A DNA stretch of 64,000 nt from Lama guanicoe (taxonomy: Eukaryota), in the NCBI GenBank assembly GCA_013239625.1, contig MU054323.1, positions 10,695,186 to 10,759,185 of the forward strand. The letters run 5' to 3'. A program made the translations under genes and the position numbers. The notes beneath the pieces are model-generated. The model saw only the letters and a list, made by a program, of their open reading frames with translations. It was not told the origin of the DNA and searched no databases. The stretch's first letter is position 1; every line of letters starts with the position of its first letter. Below are positions 39,086 through 52,559 of this stretch, piece by piece.

Positions 39086-42000
39086 GGTATTAGAGACCCT
39101 TCCAGCCTGTGAGTTCACCCAGAACTATCTCAGCCAGAAGTTCCCAGAACAATAGAATCTCAGGGATGATCCTACAGGTCCCATGCTTCCCATGCTATCC
39201 CCACTCACCAGCCCAGTTTTTCACCTGGTGAAAACAGTAAACTCAGCTGCAGAAGGACTCCAGGAGCAAGAAGACCCATCAGTTCCAGCCACAGAGGTGT
39301 GATGGAGGAAGCTTACAAACATGCCAGAACGACTACAGTGGGTCTTCAGAAGCTCCAATTGTCCTCCCCGGGGTAATCCTCAGGAAAGGATAAAAAATCT
39401 AGAAGAAACCCCCTAAAGCATCTGCATTCACAGTACAGGAAATAAACACATTAGGATGCACCCCGCCGTCCTTGGTGTCAGATGGCAGAGCTAATCACCT
39501 CATGGTGAATCAGATCAGCTTGCCGGCAGAAATTTAACCTCACTTAAAGCATCACTGTGGACTCATATGTGAGGATAAAAGACTGAAAACACTCTCAAAC
39601 GAATAAAGAATGCCTTATGTTGTTGGACCAGGCTCCCAGGAAGGGCCACTGTCACTGAGTAAACTTGGGTGCAGACGCCAGACTTTGAGAAGATGTCCTC
39701 CCACCAGAGTGAGAACAGGCCAGAATAATAGTACACGTGCATTTCTGGATGGCTCAGATTCAATGGCGTTGAGGATGCAAGGCTGTGCGTCTGTGTGCGC
39801 ATATATGCATGTGCACATGTGTTTACATTTGTGTGTGAGTGCACGTGTGTGTCTGCTGGGAGGGCAGCATGAGCAAGGTGGGGAGGATGAGGTAAACACA
39901 TGCATCCTTTCTCTATAAAATGGCTGCCATTGACTTAATATCCTTCTATTTCCCTGGAAAAGATGACACTAAAACTCTGTCCTTCAAAAATCTAACAAAT
40001 ATGAACAGGAAATAGAGTTCACTCTAATGAGATAAGGGGAGAGGTTATGATTACAACATTAGCACCCTCTCCACTCCCTGCATGTTCTACCACAGGTCTA
40101 TCTGTTCAGGAGGACATGGAGTAACGGAAAGCCTTGTGGAGGTTTGACTAGGCTTTTGGGAAGAACCAAGTGGAGATGATTTGCCAGCATCCTACCTGCC
40201 AGCATCAAGCACTCTGCACACGAGGGAGGCCTACCTCAGGGCCGAGCTAAGTGCCCTCTGTGATGGTGGGGACACATCAGCTTCCCTACCAGCACCCACC
40301 ATGCTCTGACAATGACTCATAGACGTGGATAAAGCAACCTTCAAAGACCTTAAGGGAGCTCTAGAAGAGTGGCCTCACTGGGGATTAAATCACATCTCCT
40401 GATTCCTAATTCAAATCAAGGATCTCCCCAAACCTACTCCATACACTCCTGAGCTGAATCCACACAGTTCTATCTGCAAATTCCTCAGTGGGTGTCCATT
40501 CACAGTGGACACCCAAACATTAAATTCTGTAAGAGAAGCTCTCCAAGGAATCCAGTTCTTGGTTCAGCAGATAATACATCATGTGCTAAATCACTCAGGG
40601 AAGTGCCACCCAGTTGTTAGAATAAAGAAGGTTTAATTGCTAAATACTGGGATTTAAAAACCAATCAAGTGTAGAAAGTAACTTTAATTAGAAGGATCAG
40701 ATAAACAGAGTGCAAAAAGCTTAGTGTTTGAACAGCATGTATCTCACTATACATTTACGGACATAGTGTCAAAACAGAGATTAGGCCTCTGCCACCCAGT
40801 TTGGGACAACTATAAGCACAGGGAAAAAGTATATTACTTCACTCACACCCAGAAATAGTCTTCCATTTATGGGGCTTTTGGACAAGACTCCCTGATCTTG
40901 GGAATACTGAGAACAAATAGCCAGCATCAATTGTGGACCAAGCAGCCCAGCCCTGAAGACAATGGGCATCAACCCCTGATCTCTGCATGCACAGTCAAAA
41001 ACACACTGAAGATTATTAATCAACTTGGAGTCAATACTGCCTAAACACTGCATCTATCTTGAAAAAAAAATTAAGACATGTCACAGCCATTTTCAACTCA
41101 ACAACTTTTAGCATCTTGGTGCCCTCCTGCCCTCTACCGAGTTGAGACTGCCAAGTGACAGAATGCTTACCCTCCAACTTTGTCTTTCAAAAAGCTCATT
41201 TCCTGAATCCATGAAGGTGATGGATTCACCTAAAGGAGTTCATTGTCAAGCCCTCAAGACCCTCACATACTGGAATAGCTTTGAATTGTACCGCTTGGGC
41301 CTCCCACACACTCAGGTATTTTTAGAATTGAGTGTAAAATAAAAATGAATTTTTCAAACAGGAGAGGAATGCAAAGTGCTTAGGGCTGGTTTTCAAAGGG
41401 CAAAGTTTATTTTAAAAGATTACTGATTGGGCCTAACTGTGACACGATAGGCTCACATGAGGTCAGGAATGTGCAACAGGAAGCCAGGTGAAGAAAGCTA
41501 ATCCCTGGACCCCCGAGGGAGGTCTGAGCAGCACCCTTCGCTGAAACGGATGGTTCACCTTAGTGCAGCCCAAGGATTGTTGGGGGAACAGATTCCACAA
41601 GGAAGAGCCAATGTTGCTTGAGAAAGCTGATGCTGACGAGAGGCTCTTCAAATATATCCAACATCCTTTCTATTGACTAAGCTTTAACCTCATCATTATA
41701 TGGAAGCCTAAGTTCTAATTTTTGAGATCTGTTTCTCGCCTACTCAGCATAATGTTTTTTGATTACTTTCTAGATGCTTAAGTGTATTATGAAGAATGGC
41801 CAAGTAGGAACTGACTGAAAATATGCCAAGGCAGCCAACGTCATTTTCAGAAAAGATAGAACTACCCCCATGCTCTGTTCTCCCCCTTCACTCACTCTTA
41901 TAATAAAGGTATTTTCTGTGTACCTACTATGTGTCTGGCAGCCACTAGGAATGAAGGGAACAGAGATGATTCAGATGCTACACCCAGGGAATTCAAGGTG

Positions 42001-44934
42001 TAATGAAGAATAAACTTACAAATACTTAAAACACATCTACCTCCTTCCAAGAATGAGCACAAATGTAGCAACTTGTTCTGGAGAACACCACCCTTGTTTT
42101 CCATCCCACCTTCTGCCTTGGCAGGGCCACTCCCTCAAAGAAATGTACCCCAACATGTAAGCTTTTGCACAAATCCTGTGTTCCAGAGACAAGTATAAAC
42201 CATTCTCTGGGCTTCTCCCAGGCTTACCAGTAGCTCTAGCACACCAGTCTCCTCACCCTGCTACAGGCCTTCCAGATCAGAAACCAAACTCCTCACATCC
42301 ATGGAGGAGAGAGAATGTGCCCATGATCACGCAGCTGACACTCTAGGCACACTTTTCAGGAACAGATCATCTGCAAAGCGACATGAAATCAATACAATAC
42401 ACAAAGCAAACAAATAAATTTTCTCATCTATATAAAAATGACACTGCTTACTTATTATGATGGGTATTGAGTTTTTCCCCTCTCTTCTCTCATCCCTCAT
42501 CCTTGTAACCAAAAGGTTATAAGCCATAAAATATTAGACCTGGCCAGCTTTCTCGTGGGCTCCTTCTTCTGTCCATTGTCTCACTCTACAAAATAGACCT
42601 TCACAGGGCTTTTGGATTTGTAAATTGCCCAAAGGGAGAGTTCCTCCTTGATGAGAAGCCAATGGACCCACAGGTGGTTCTACCGGCTGATCTGGCTGCA
42701 GGCTTCAAAAGCCCCGGAATAAGGTTATTGTTGAAAGAAACACATAATGAAGTGGAACAGGATGACAGCTGGAGGTAATAACTGATGGACTTCTCATTTC
42801 ATATATTTCCTCTTACTTATTGACACTCGCCTTTTCCTATTCACTGTCAGGAAAGGGGTGACAATAGCAGAAAATCCAAGAAAAGCAGTTGAAATCTAAG
42901 AGCCAAGCTTTTGCCGTGCAAGAGCCTACGCTTTACAACAGCCTAATACCTGAAAGGTTGGAGGCTTAAACGAGGGATCAGGAAGCTAGCTCACAAGTTA
43001 CACTCTCATGCCCTGAAATTAGATTAGGACTCTCTGAAATTGTGCTAGAGGTGAATACGAGAAAGACAAAGAGGCTTGTGGGTCAAACATGAATTTCTTT
43101 GTGGGACTTAGTCGAACTCTCTGTCCAATGTCTGCAAGCTGTTCTGCCTACAGGCTGGCCTCAGGATCCCTGCAACCCTTGCAGTTTCAGGGGCCAGAGA
43201 ATAAAGCATTTACCTCCCTTCACTGCACTGCCTTTCCTCTCTGTCCCTTTCCAGCATGTATTCCCCTCCCCATCCCAGCAGAATGCCCTCCTAGCCTCAG
43301 AACAGTTCTGGACCTGTTGCCATCCCCAGCCTTCAGCAGCCTTCCAGGAAAGGAAACCAATTACAGGGACAACTTTTAGGAAGTCGAATGAAAGCCAGAA
43401 CCTGATTTCTCATCAGCCGTCAAGTCGTAACAATCTCCAGCAGTTAGGGTTTGAACTGAACCAGTGACCTGCACCAAAGTGAAAGGCTCCAAACATCATT
43501 ATCACTCCCCAGAGCTGCCTTCCGTGCACCTTTGCCTCTCACCTTGCCAATCTGAGAGCACAAATAAGCCTTCTTGACGTGTTTATGCCAGTTCTGCTCC
43601 CCAAGTCTTTATTTTCACGCCCTTTTGCAGAGTGCCTTCTGACCACATTCTAGATGGATGTCCTGTTGTATAAGCCATTCTTCTCAACATTAACATTACT
43701 CAAAATAGCTTTCTTTAACATCATCACTCCTGCTGCCTTTGATGGTAGTGGCATTGGGCTCCATTTCCAGGCTGATTCAAAGAAATCTGAGCCAGTGCAA
43801 GACATCTGTCATTACTCAAGGGCACTGACTTAAAGATAACTGCTACATTACAGGCTCCCCACTTTTTCCTGCTTTTTTTCTCAGGGATGTGCTTTTCTCT
43901 TTTCAGCATCATAATCAATAGGTCATCTCTCCTTTGTAATGGATCATATCAGGCACCACTATGCTAAACCATCACCTGACATTTAGTTTGGAAGCTATTC
44001 TCCCAGATGGAACACAATTTTCTCTCTCTTTAATGCCCAGAATATTGAAAGGGCCTAAGCAGCAATGTCCAGTTAGGTTTCAAGTCATAGTCTTGCTATC
44101 AAACTAAGAAAAGAGAACACAGCTTCAGCTGCTCCCAAGTCACCATGGACCAATGAAAAGCAAACTCAGTAAGTGTCAACCTCATAACAAAAGCCCATTT
44201 ATTACTGAGAAAGCAGACACAAAACTAGATCAAAGGCCCACTACTCTTCATTCATGATGTACTATCCCTGCTGAGCAATTGTAGATTTTTTTAATGACTG
44301 AAAAAAATGTTAAATACCCATAGTTCAACAACAAGAAAGTTTCAGGAGAAATCTCAGCTGAGTTTTGCTGCCCCAGGAGGTGAGCTGTTTTAGCTGTTTT
44401 ATCAAAAAGCTTTGAAATATAAAATGTTCCTGAGGGGTTAGAAAGGAAAGACGAAAAACACTATCCTTCAGGGAGAATGAGCACTGTAACATCCCTGTCC
44501 TCGCCAGGCCCTTGGGGGATGAACGTCCCTCACATGCTCAACCCCAGAAACAGTCATAAAGGAGCAGGCATGCTGAGTATCTACATGAGTTCTCCAGGAT
44601 TCCACTACCTGGTGATCTTGGATAAATGTCAATTTCCTTGAGCTTCAGCTGTCTCATCTGACACACAGGAGTATCTCCAAGAGCCACTGAAGATTTGAAA
44701 TTTTATGATTCTTAGATGAAAGAGAGAATGGGAATACCATAACATTAGACATGAGAGAGAGTATGAAAGAGAGAAGGAAGGAGGGGGAGAAATTAGGGGT
44801 GAGGAGACAGAAAATAGAAAATATCTTTAGGCAACCACAAGAGAAGTATAACAGGAAACAGAAGGGTAGACAAAGTGGGAAGGTGAAGATAAAACAAAGA
44901 TGAGGTCAAAACAACTTTAGTTCTAGTAAACACT

Positions 44935-45150
44935 AATGATAATGATGATTCCTATTTATTCAGCACCTACCATGCTGTATATATATTTTTCTCTAATATT
45001 CACAACTCTCTGAGATTGATTTAATATATTCATCTTACAGATGAGGAAACTGAGGTTCCAGAGAGGTTAAGAAACTGGTCCAAGTTCACATTGCTAATAA
45101 TTAGACTATGACTGAACCCAAGAACCCAAGCCAGCCTTACCACTACATTC
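44935..45150 (-). mobile_element. MIR SINE
   Basis: ttacagatgaggaaactgaggttccagagaggttaagaaactggtccaagttcaca. Confidence 0.9.
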
Positions 45151-46724
45151 AATGCCTCCTAAACCATTCTCCCAATTGTTTAGCAAGAATCCAAGAAGGC
45201 AGCATCTTCAATCATCAGCAGTTTTGAATGTGCCCCCTGACAACTAAGTGGAGGGATCAAGGTGAACACGCCCTAAATCACTGACAAGAAGTATCACATT
45301 GTAGGATGAATCTTACTATGGGGAGATGGTACAGCAAAGGGAGGGACAAGCACTTGGTTAGAAATCAGGAGAACAGGGTCTAGATTCTTGCCACAAATTT
45401 CTCTCATGGCTGTACATGGGCTCTACCTGCCCTACCTACCAAGCACTGCAGAAAACTTGGGTGCACATGTGCTATTAGGTACAAGGTGTTAGATACAAGC
45501 AAGGGACACTTCTGTCCTAGGCACTTCTTGGTAGTAAGTGAGGGCAGTAGGGAGATCAGAGCTCCCTCAGCAGAGTACACTAAGGTCCTACAGTCTGCAG
45601 ACAACTATTCACTGCTTCAGGAAAGTCAGGCTCAGCTTTAAGAAAACTGGTGATTTAAAAAAATAATAAAACTGCCCTTCAGTGAAGACAAACTGGTATG
45701 TGAGTGGGATTGCTAAAGTCTTTTTTCATTTTGTGCAAGAAAAAGCCTGGCTTCTGTTAAACAGAAAGTTCTTGAGTACATTTGAAATATGATTAGATTT
45801 ACAAAAGTTCCATTTGTCCACAACCTTTCACACAGCCTTGCATTAACAAAGAAGAGTTACACAGGTATGAGTCCATGCGATATGGGAAAACATGTAAAAC
45901 AAGAAGCAAGACATGCTTATCTGTGCAGGCCACAAGGCTAAGACTCAGAAAGAAAGCAGGTAAGACTAAAAACGAATCCTGCAGCAGGAAAAAGAACTTA
46001 GTATGAATGGCAGCCATGAACCACCACGAGCCCCTACTCTGGTCTCCCTTACCTCCCATTCCCTTGACATTAGGAAACACAGGAAAGGTTCAGAGGAATG
46101 TTATCTACCTGGGGAACATTTTAGAATTGATGGATTTCTTTTTTACCCTACTGTAAGGTTGGAACTAAATATCTTTCTTATTCACTGTTTCTAGAAAAAG
46201 TGGCTTCTAAGTTATTCACCATTGTCATTTCCACTTGTACCTTCACTCACACACACAATGAAAATAAAACGAGACTGAGATGATTGATGCTCCTCTTTTT
46301 AATGATGAATGTCACCAATTTTTGTGTCCTTTGGAGTTTTTTCATACTTGTTTTCTTTGCCTATCTTAGTTTTTCTCCTTCCTCCATCCAATCTTTTATC
46401 TCTTCCCCTCACATCTTTAACTTCTATAAGCCCTAGAAGGATTAGCGCGGCTCCCCTAAGCCCTCACCATTACCCATGAACCAACACAAGTGGCAGTTTC
46501 CAACATTATGAAAATGGAAGCACCTCATTCCATTCAATGAAACATCAGCACAACTATCAGAGACTCTTTTTTGAGGGCAATCCAAAGACAAGTAAGCCAC
46601 ATTTGAACAAATAACTTTGCCTAGAGAAGAAATGGCATCCATTAATGACTGATGCTAAACCAAAATGTGTGTTAAGAGAGATGGTGCTAGAGGGCTTGCT
46701 GAATAATGTAGATATCAACACATG

Positions 46725-47260
46725 GTCATTCATTCAATAAATGTTGATAAATCACCAATTGTGTACCAGGCTTAGGCTAGGTAATTAAGAGTTCAAGAGA
46801 AATAACACACAGTCCCCAGAATGGAGGAGGTGAGGGTCTCAGTAGTGGGAGATCAAAGTCCAGGTGAAAACTAAATGCAAATAACAAGTTTTCTTTTCTT
46901 CCCTCTGCTTCTGGAGTTTGCAGAGACAAATGTCCCTAGGATTGCCCTGGGAGCCTCCAAAAGGAGATGGAAACTCACCGAACAACAAATAAAGTTTCTA
47001 AAGTCTAGCTTCCTGCATGTTCCTTGTCAGATTCAATCTAACCCAAGCAAATGTCATTTTTAGGTAGGGCATAATGGCACAATAGTAAGCCATCTGGTAA
47101 TGTTTCATTCATATAGAAAACATATATCATGCACCTACTATTACTAGATACAGTGCTAGGTGCTGGGTGAATGATACAAAAATAATTAGGTTTCATTCCC
47201 CAAGCCACTTAACAACTGACCAAGGAGTAACAGATGGCAATCCAAGACACTGTGTTTGTT
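46725..47260 (-). mobile_element. L2 3'-end fragments (two)
   Basis: cattcattcaataaatgttg...tgtgtaccaggcttaggctagg and tcattcat...gcacctactatt...cagtgctaggtgctggg. Confidence 0.65.
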
Positions 47261-47492
47261 ACTGTGCACTTAAATGCATACATTTGTGCCAAAACACCAG
47301 TCTCTGTCTAGTCTTTAGGCTGTGACCTGTCTTTAAGGACAATGAATGGAGTTATCTTAGCTCATTCAGCTGTCTGTTGGTAAAACAACTGTTTAGATTA
47401 AGGAGTCTAGTGATTGCCGAGTGCTTCAGTAATGTGGCCACACAGCCACCACACCTGTCATGAGAGGCTCTGCAACAAGAAGGGCTTAGAGT

Positions 47493-48447
47493 CTCATACA
47501 GCTTAATAACAAAAAACAAACAAACAAAAAATCTAAAAATGGGCAAAAGACCTAAACAAGCATTTCTCCAGGGAAGACATACAAATGGCCAATAGGCACA
47601 TGAAAAAATGTTTAATATCACTAATTATCAAAGAAATGCAAATCAAAACTACAATGAGGTATCACCTCATATCAGTCAGAATGGACATCATTCAAAAGTC
47701 CACAAACGATATTTGCTGGAAAGGGTGTAGAAAAAAGGGAACCCTCCTATACTGTTGGTGGTACATTGTTGGTGGAAATGAAATTTGGTGTAACCATTAT
47801 GGAAAACAATACAGAGAATTCTCAAAAGACTGAAAATAGATTTACCACATGATCAGGTAATCCCACTCCTGGGCATATATACGGAGGGAACTCTAATTCG
47901 AAAAGCTACATGCACCATAAAGTTCACAGCAGCACTATTTACAATAGTCAAGACATGTAAATAACCTAAATGTCCAACAACAGATAACTGGATAAAGAAG
48001 TTGTGGTATATTTATATAACAGAATACTACTCAGCCAAAAAAAAAAAAGGATAAAATAATGCCATTTGCAACAACATGAATGGACCTGGATATCATCATT
48101 CTAAGTGAAGTAAGCCAGAAAGAGAAAGAAAAATACCATTGATATCACTCATATGCGGAATCTTAAAAAAAAAAGACAGAAATGAACTTCTTTACAAAAC
48201 AGAAACAGATTCACAAACATAGAAAATAAATTTGTGGTTACCAGGGGGAAAAGAGGGTGAGAAAGGATAAAATGGCAGTTTGAGATATGCAGATACTAAC
48301 TACTACTTATAAAATAGATAAACTACTATATATAAAGTAGATATACAAGTTTCTTCTGTATAGAACAGGAAATTATATTCAATATCTTGTGGTAACCTAC
48401 AATGAAAATGAAAAAAATTAAGGTACTCTCACAATTTTAGACAAAAA
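47493..48447 (+). mobile_element. 5'-truncated L1 (ORF2 C-terminus and partial 3'UTR)
   Basis: [31 protein letters not shown] aagaagggcttagagt (47477-47492) / aagaagggctagagt (48448-48462). Confidence 0.95.
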
Positions 48448-49209
48448 AAGAAGGGCTAGAGTGTTGTGGGAGGCAGGCAGTGAGGGGATATTCCATTGGA
48501 CGAGTTAATATAATATACTTCATTAGGGAAGGAAGGGAGAGGTCTAGATGCTGAAACCAGAGAGGTCTAGACAGGTCCCTGACAACCTGCCTTGGGAACT
48601 GGGAGCATTCACCACTTTCTTTTCATTTTTGTTGCTTGTATGATGCAGAAGCAGGATTCCTGGGCTGGGGAGAACTGAGGTTGTACACGGACTCAGGGAC
48701 TCATAAGAAAGGGAAAGTGAGAGAACTAGCCCAGGGCTTAGTTTCTGAATGAGAGATTGAAGATGGTTCATAGTCAACCTAGAGAGACTCAGGTCACTGA
48801 GAACAGAGAATAGGTCTGGGCAGAACTTCAAAGAGACTGGCTTATTGTCAAAAATAATAAAACTGAAAGGGATGTGCAGAACTACACAGCTAGGGGACAG
48901 CAGTGATCCCAGATTCCAAGGTCAAGGGGCTTTGGCTTCAGGAGTCAGAGGGCTAAGGAGCAGGAGCCAGGAAATCCACAAGAAATGTACCTCATTCAAA
49001 GCTAAAAAGTTAGAGGAACTGCGTTTTTTTATTCAAACAGAGCTTCATGTTGTTTGTGTTTCCAGTTCTTCAACTAGTGCCACTTTCTGTACTGCTGCTT
49101 TTTTTCTGGAGGTGAAGGACTGAATAGATTGTTGTTTCTTCCTCCCACGCTCAACTTTAGCCAAGTTTGCAAATAGCCAAATCTAACAGCATGCTCCACA
49201 CTGGTACAC

Positions 49210-49243
49210 TGTGTGTGTGTGTGTGTGTGCGCGCGCGCGCATG
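49210..49243. repeat. (TG)10(CG)5 alternating purine-pyrimidine tract
   Basis: Directly visible. Confidence 0.95.
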
Positions 49244-49860
49244 GATGTGTGCCTATCTGGAGCTGGGTCTAGGTCACTGCAATATCACAGGGCAATGTGA
49301 GTGTAAAAATAGCTACTATTTATCAAGCACTTACTATGGGCTTACAATGAACTCTTGAATCTCTAATCCTTGCAATTCCAGAGGATAGGATTTCATTTAT
49401 TATTTTACAAGGATAATGCTGAGCCTTTCTAGTGCTCTCTAGAACTGAGCTTTTAATAGAAAATAATATATGAATATAATATCATCATATCTCCCTGTAA
49501 AAGGCAAGGTCTAGAAAAGTAATGTCTACACTTAGACAACTAGCCAGACCATTCTAGCTGAAATAGCTAAGTCAGCCAACCAAGTGATCTGACTGATTCT
49601 GTCTGGTGAATTGACTAGTTGATTGATTGGTTGGTGGAATAACACAGTTACTTCAGCATTATGTTGCCACATCTTTGCAGGGTATCTCTGCTGGTGTAAT
49701 GAAATGATGTGAAAAGCAATGAAATTACTACAAATATTCCCCACTTCAAAGATGACAGCCCGGATTGGTTAAAACATCAAGAACTTCTGCCATAAGCCAA
49801 ACTACAACATAGAATGACAAAGGGACGCCACGGACAAATCCCTAGACTGGAGTGTATAGA

Positions 49861-50066
49861 CAGTGCTTCTCCACCTCAGTTTGCTTTTGTCCATCTAACT
49901 CTCAATCTGGCTGCTCATTAGAATCATCTACAAAACTTTTAAAATCATTCATGGAGGGAGGTCCCAGAGACACTGATTAAACTGGTCTGGAGTGGAACCT
50001 GTATAAGGGTACATAGTTTTAAAGCTTTCCAAGTGATAATAACAAATAGCTATGATTGAGAACCCT
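49861..50066. mobile_element. MER5B-like MITE
   Basis: cagtgcttctc...ctggctgctcattagaatcatct...ggtctggagtggaacctg...aaagctttccaagtgat...ttgagaacc. Confidence 0.65.
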
Positions 50067-51405
50067 AGATTTTAGTGATATGGTCCATCTAGGCCTCAGT
50101 TTCCTGTTTATTCAACAAGGATGCTGGAGCAAGTGACATCTAGGGCCCTGAACAGTTCTGAGATTCCTTGTTAATTTTGATCTCATCCCCAGCTGGCAGG
50201 CATCTCTGAAAAGACCACTTTCTCTTTGCATAATTCAATTCCCGAATGCTGCCAACACAGTTGACCTACCACACAGAGTTGGTGTGTGGGTTAATGAGAT
50301 CATATTTGCAAAGTGTTTGGGGCTCTGGGGAAGGAATCTCTAATATATGCAGCTAAAGAATGATTACAGCAACATTAATGTCATTTTATAAGGAAGAGTA
50401 AACCACAGTTCACAACCCTGCATCTGCCATGATTAGACGATCTTGCCTGGATGGAAAGAGGCAGAGTATAAAGTGGATTAGAGAAGGTCTGCTCTTGTTA
50501 AGACTAGATGCCAGGTCAAGGCTTCATGAGACATGTCTAACAATCACAATTGATGTGGACTAGACTTTAATCTATGCAAAGACCTCTGGTCCCAAAGTAC
50601 ACACCCAGTAGACTTCTTTGTGACCCAAGTCTTTGTGGGCCTACTTCTATGTAATAGAAACAAAAGATGAATCTTGAGGGTCTTTTCCAAGAATTATCAT
50701 CAGTGGTACTCTATTTCTAAGATGATACTATCTGTGCTATTTCTGACACATTAAAATTGAAAGAGATGAAATAATAAGAACCAACTCATTTGACCTGCCC
50801 ATGCATAGGCTATAAGAACAGAAACAGATTTCAAAGACCCTAGGGACTAAGAGATGTGAATTTGTGTCTGGCTCTACCTCTTACAAACTCTATGACTTCT
50901 GGCAAGTCTCTTACTTTCATCTACCTTACATTCTTCTACTACATTTTCTTCTATTAGATAACACATGAAAAGCATCTAGCAAAATGCCTAGTATAGCTCA
51001 ATAAATATTTAGTTTCCAATCTCTGTACCATATATGAAGAATCATTGGTTGATACTATCAGACTTGATATCACGGATTTCCAAGTAACAGTCACTCTGCT
51101 AGATGGCACTGAAGCCCTCTGGTAAGCCAGATCTTTTGTTTTTCATGGCCCATCTGCAATCTCATTCATTCATCCACTGACTTACATTCAATAAGTTTTT
51201 ATTTTTTGTCTAATGTAGACCCAGGGACAGACTTTGTTATTAATGATCAATTAATAATTGAAATTCTAGGAAATTTGAAACATTTCATTTTAGAGTTCTT
51301 TCCAAACAATCGGGATGCACCAAGTGATCTGAAAATTCATATTAGTTTCATTTATGAATCAGCAATTCTGATCATAACGTGAGCTGATGAAATAAAAGTT
51401 AACTT

Positions 51406-51485
51406 AGTGGGTGGAGGTATATAGCTCAGTAGTAGAATGTATGCTCAGCATGCACAAGGTCCCCAGTGCTGCTATTAAAGGGGGG
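51406..51485 (+). mobile_element. tRNA-derived SINE (camelid vic-1-like), B-box apparently deleted
   Basis: ggaggtatatagctcagtagtagaatgtatgctcagcatgcacaaggtccccagt; perfect 12-bp TSD aaaagttaactt at 51394-51405 and 51486-51497. Confidence 0.85.
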
Positions 51486-51553
51486 AAAAGTTAACTTGGA
51501 ATCTTGAAGAAGGCTAACTCAGGTATAGGTTTAATGATTCCAACAATAACACC

Positions 51554-52460
51554 AACATTGGGGTCCAGGTGTCATCCTGAAGTAGGGTTCTTTCTGGATA
51601 TATGCCAGGAGCGGGATTCCTAGGTCATACAGTAAGTCTATTCCTAGTCTTTTGAAGAATGTCCACACTGTTTTCCATAGTGGCTGCACCAAACTGCATT
51701 CCCACCAGCAGTGTAGGAGGGTTCCCCTTTCTCCACAGCCTCGCCAGCATTTGTCATTTGTGGATTTTTGAATGATGGCCATTCGGACTGGTGTGAGGTG
51801 ATACCTCATTGTAGTTTTGATTTGCATTTCTCTGATAATTAGTGATATTGAGCATTTTTTCATGTGCCTTTTGATCATTTGTATGTCTTCCTTGGAGAAT
51901 AGCCAAAACATGGAAACAGCCTAAATGTCCATCAACAGGTGACTGGATAAAGAAGATGTGGTATATTTATACAAGGGAATACTACTCAGCCATAAAAACC
52001 AACAACATAATGCCATTTGCAGCAACATGGATGCTCCTGGAGAATGTCATTCTAAGTGAAGTAAGCCAGAAAGAGAAAGAAAAATACCATATGAGATCGC
52101 TCATATGTGGAATCTAAAAAACAAAAACAAAAACAACTACAACAACAACAACAACAACAAAACAAAGCATAAATACAAAACAGAAGTAGACTCATAGACA
52201 TAGAATATAAACTTGTGGTTGCCAAGGGGGCGGAGGGTGGGAAGGGATAGACAGGATTTCAAAACTGTAGAATAGATAAACAAGATTATACTATACAGCA
52301 CAGGGAAATATACACAGAATCTTATGGTAGTTCACAGAGAAAAAAATGTGACAATGAATATATATATGTTCATGTATAACTGAAAAATTGTGCTGAACAC
52401 TGGAATTTGACACAACATTGTAAAATGATTATAAATCAATTAAAAAAGTTTAAAAAAAAC
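51554..52460 (+). mobile_element. Young L1 with 5' inversion (twin priming): minus-strand segment ~51554-51899 and plus-strand 3' end ~51898-52460
   Basis: Minus [43 protein letters not shown]...; plus part is the L1 3' end with polyA; TSD caataacaccaaca / cagtaacaccaaca. Confidence 0.95.
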
Positions 52461-52559
52461 CAGTAACACCAACAGATTTTCTTTGGAGCTTAGAAAAACT
52501 ATTCTAAAATTCCTGTTATAACAAGCAGTTTAAAATAAGCTTTTTGGGAAACGAAAATT

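Noticed and set aside
40489..40515. Possible iron-responsive element (contains cagtg)
   Set aside because: CAGUGN is not the apical loop and the required 5-bp upper stem is absent.
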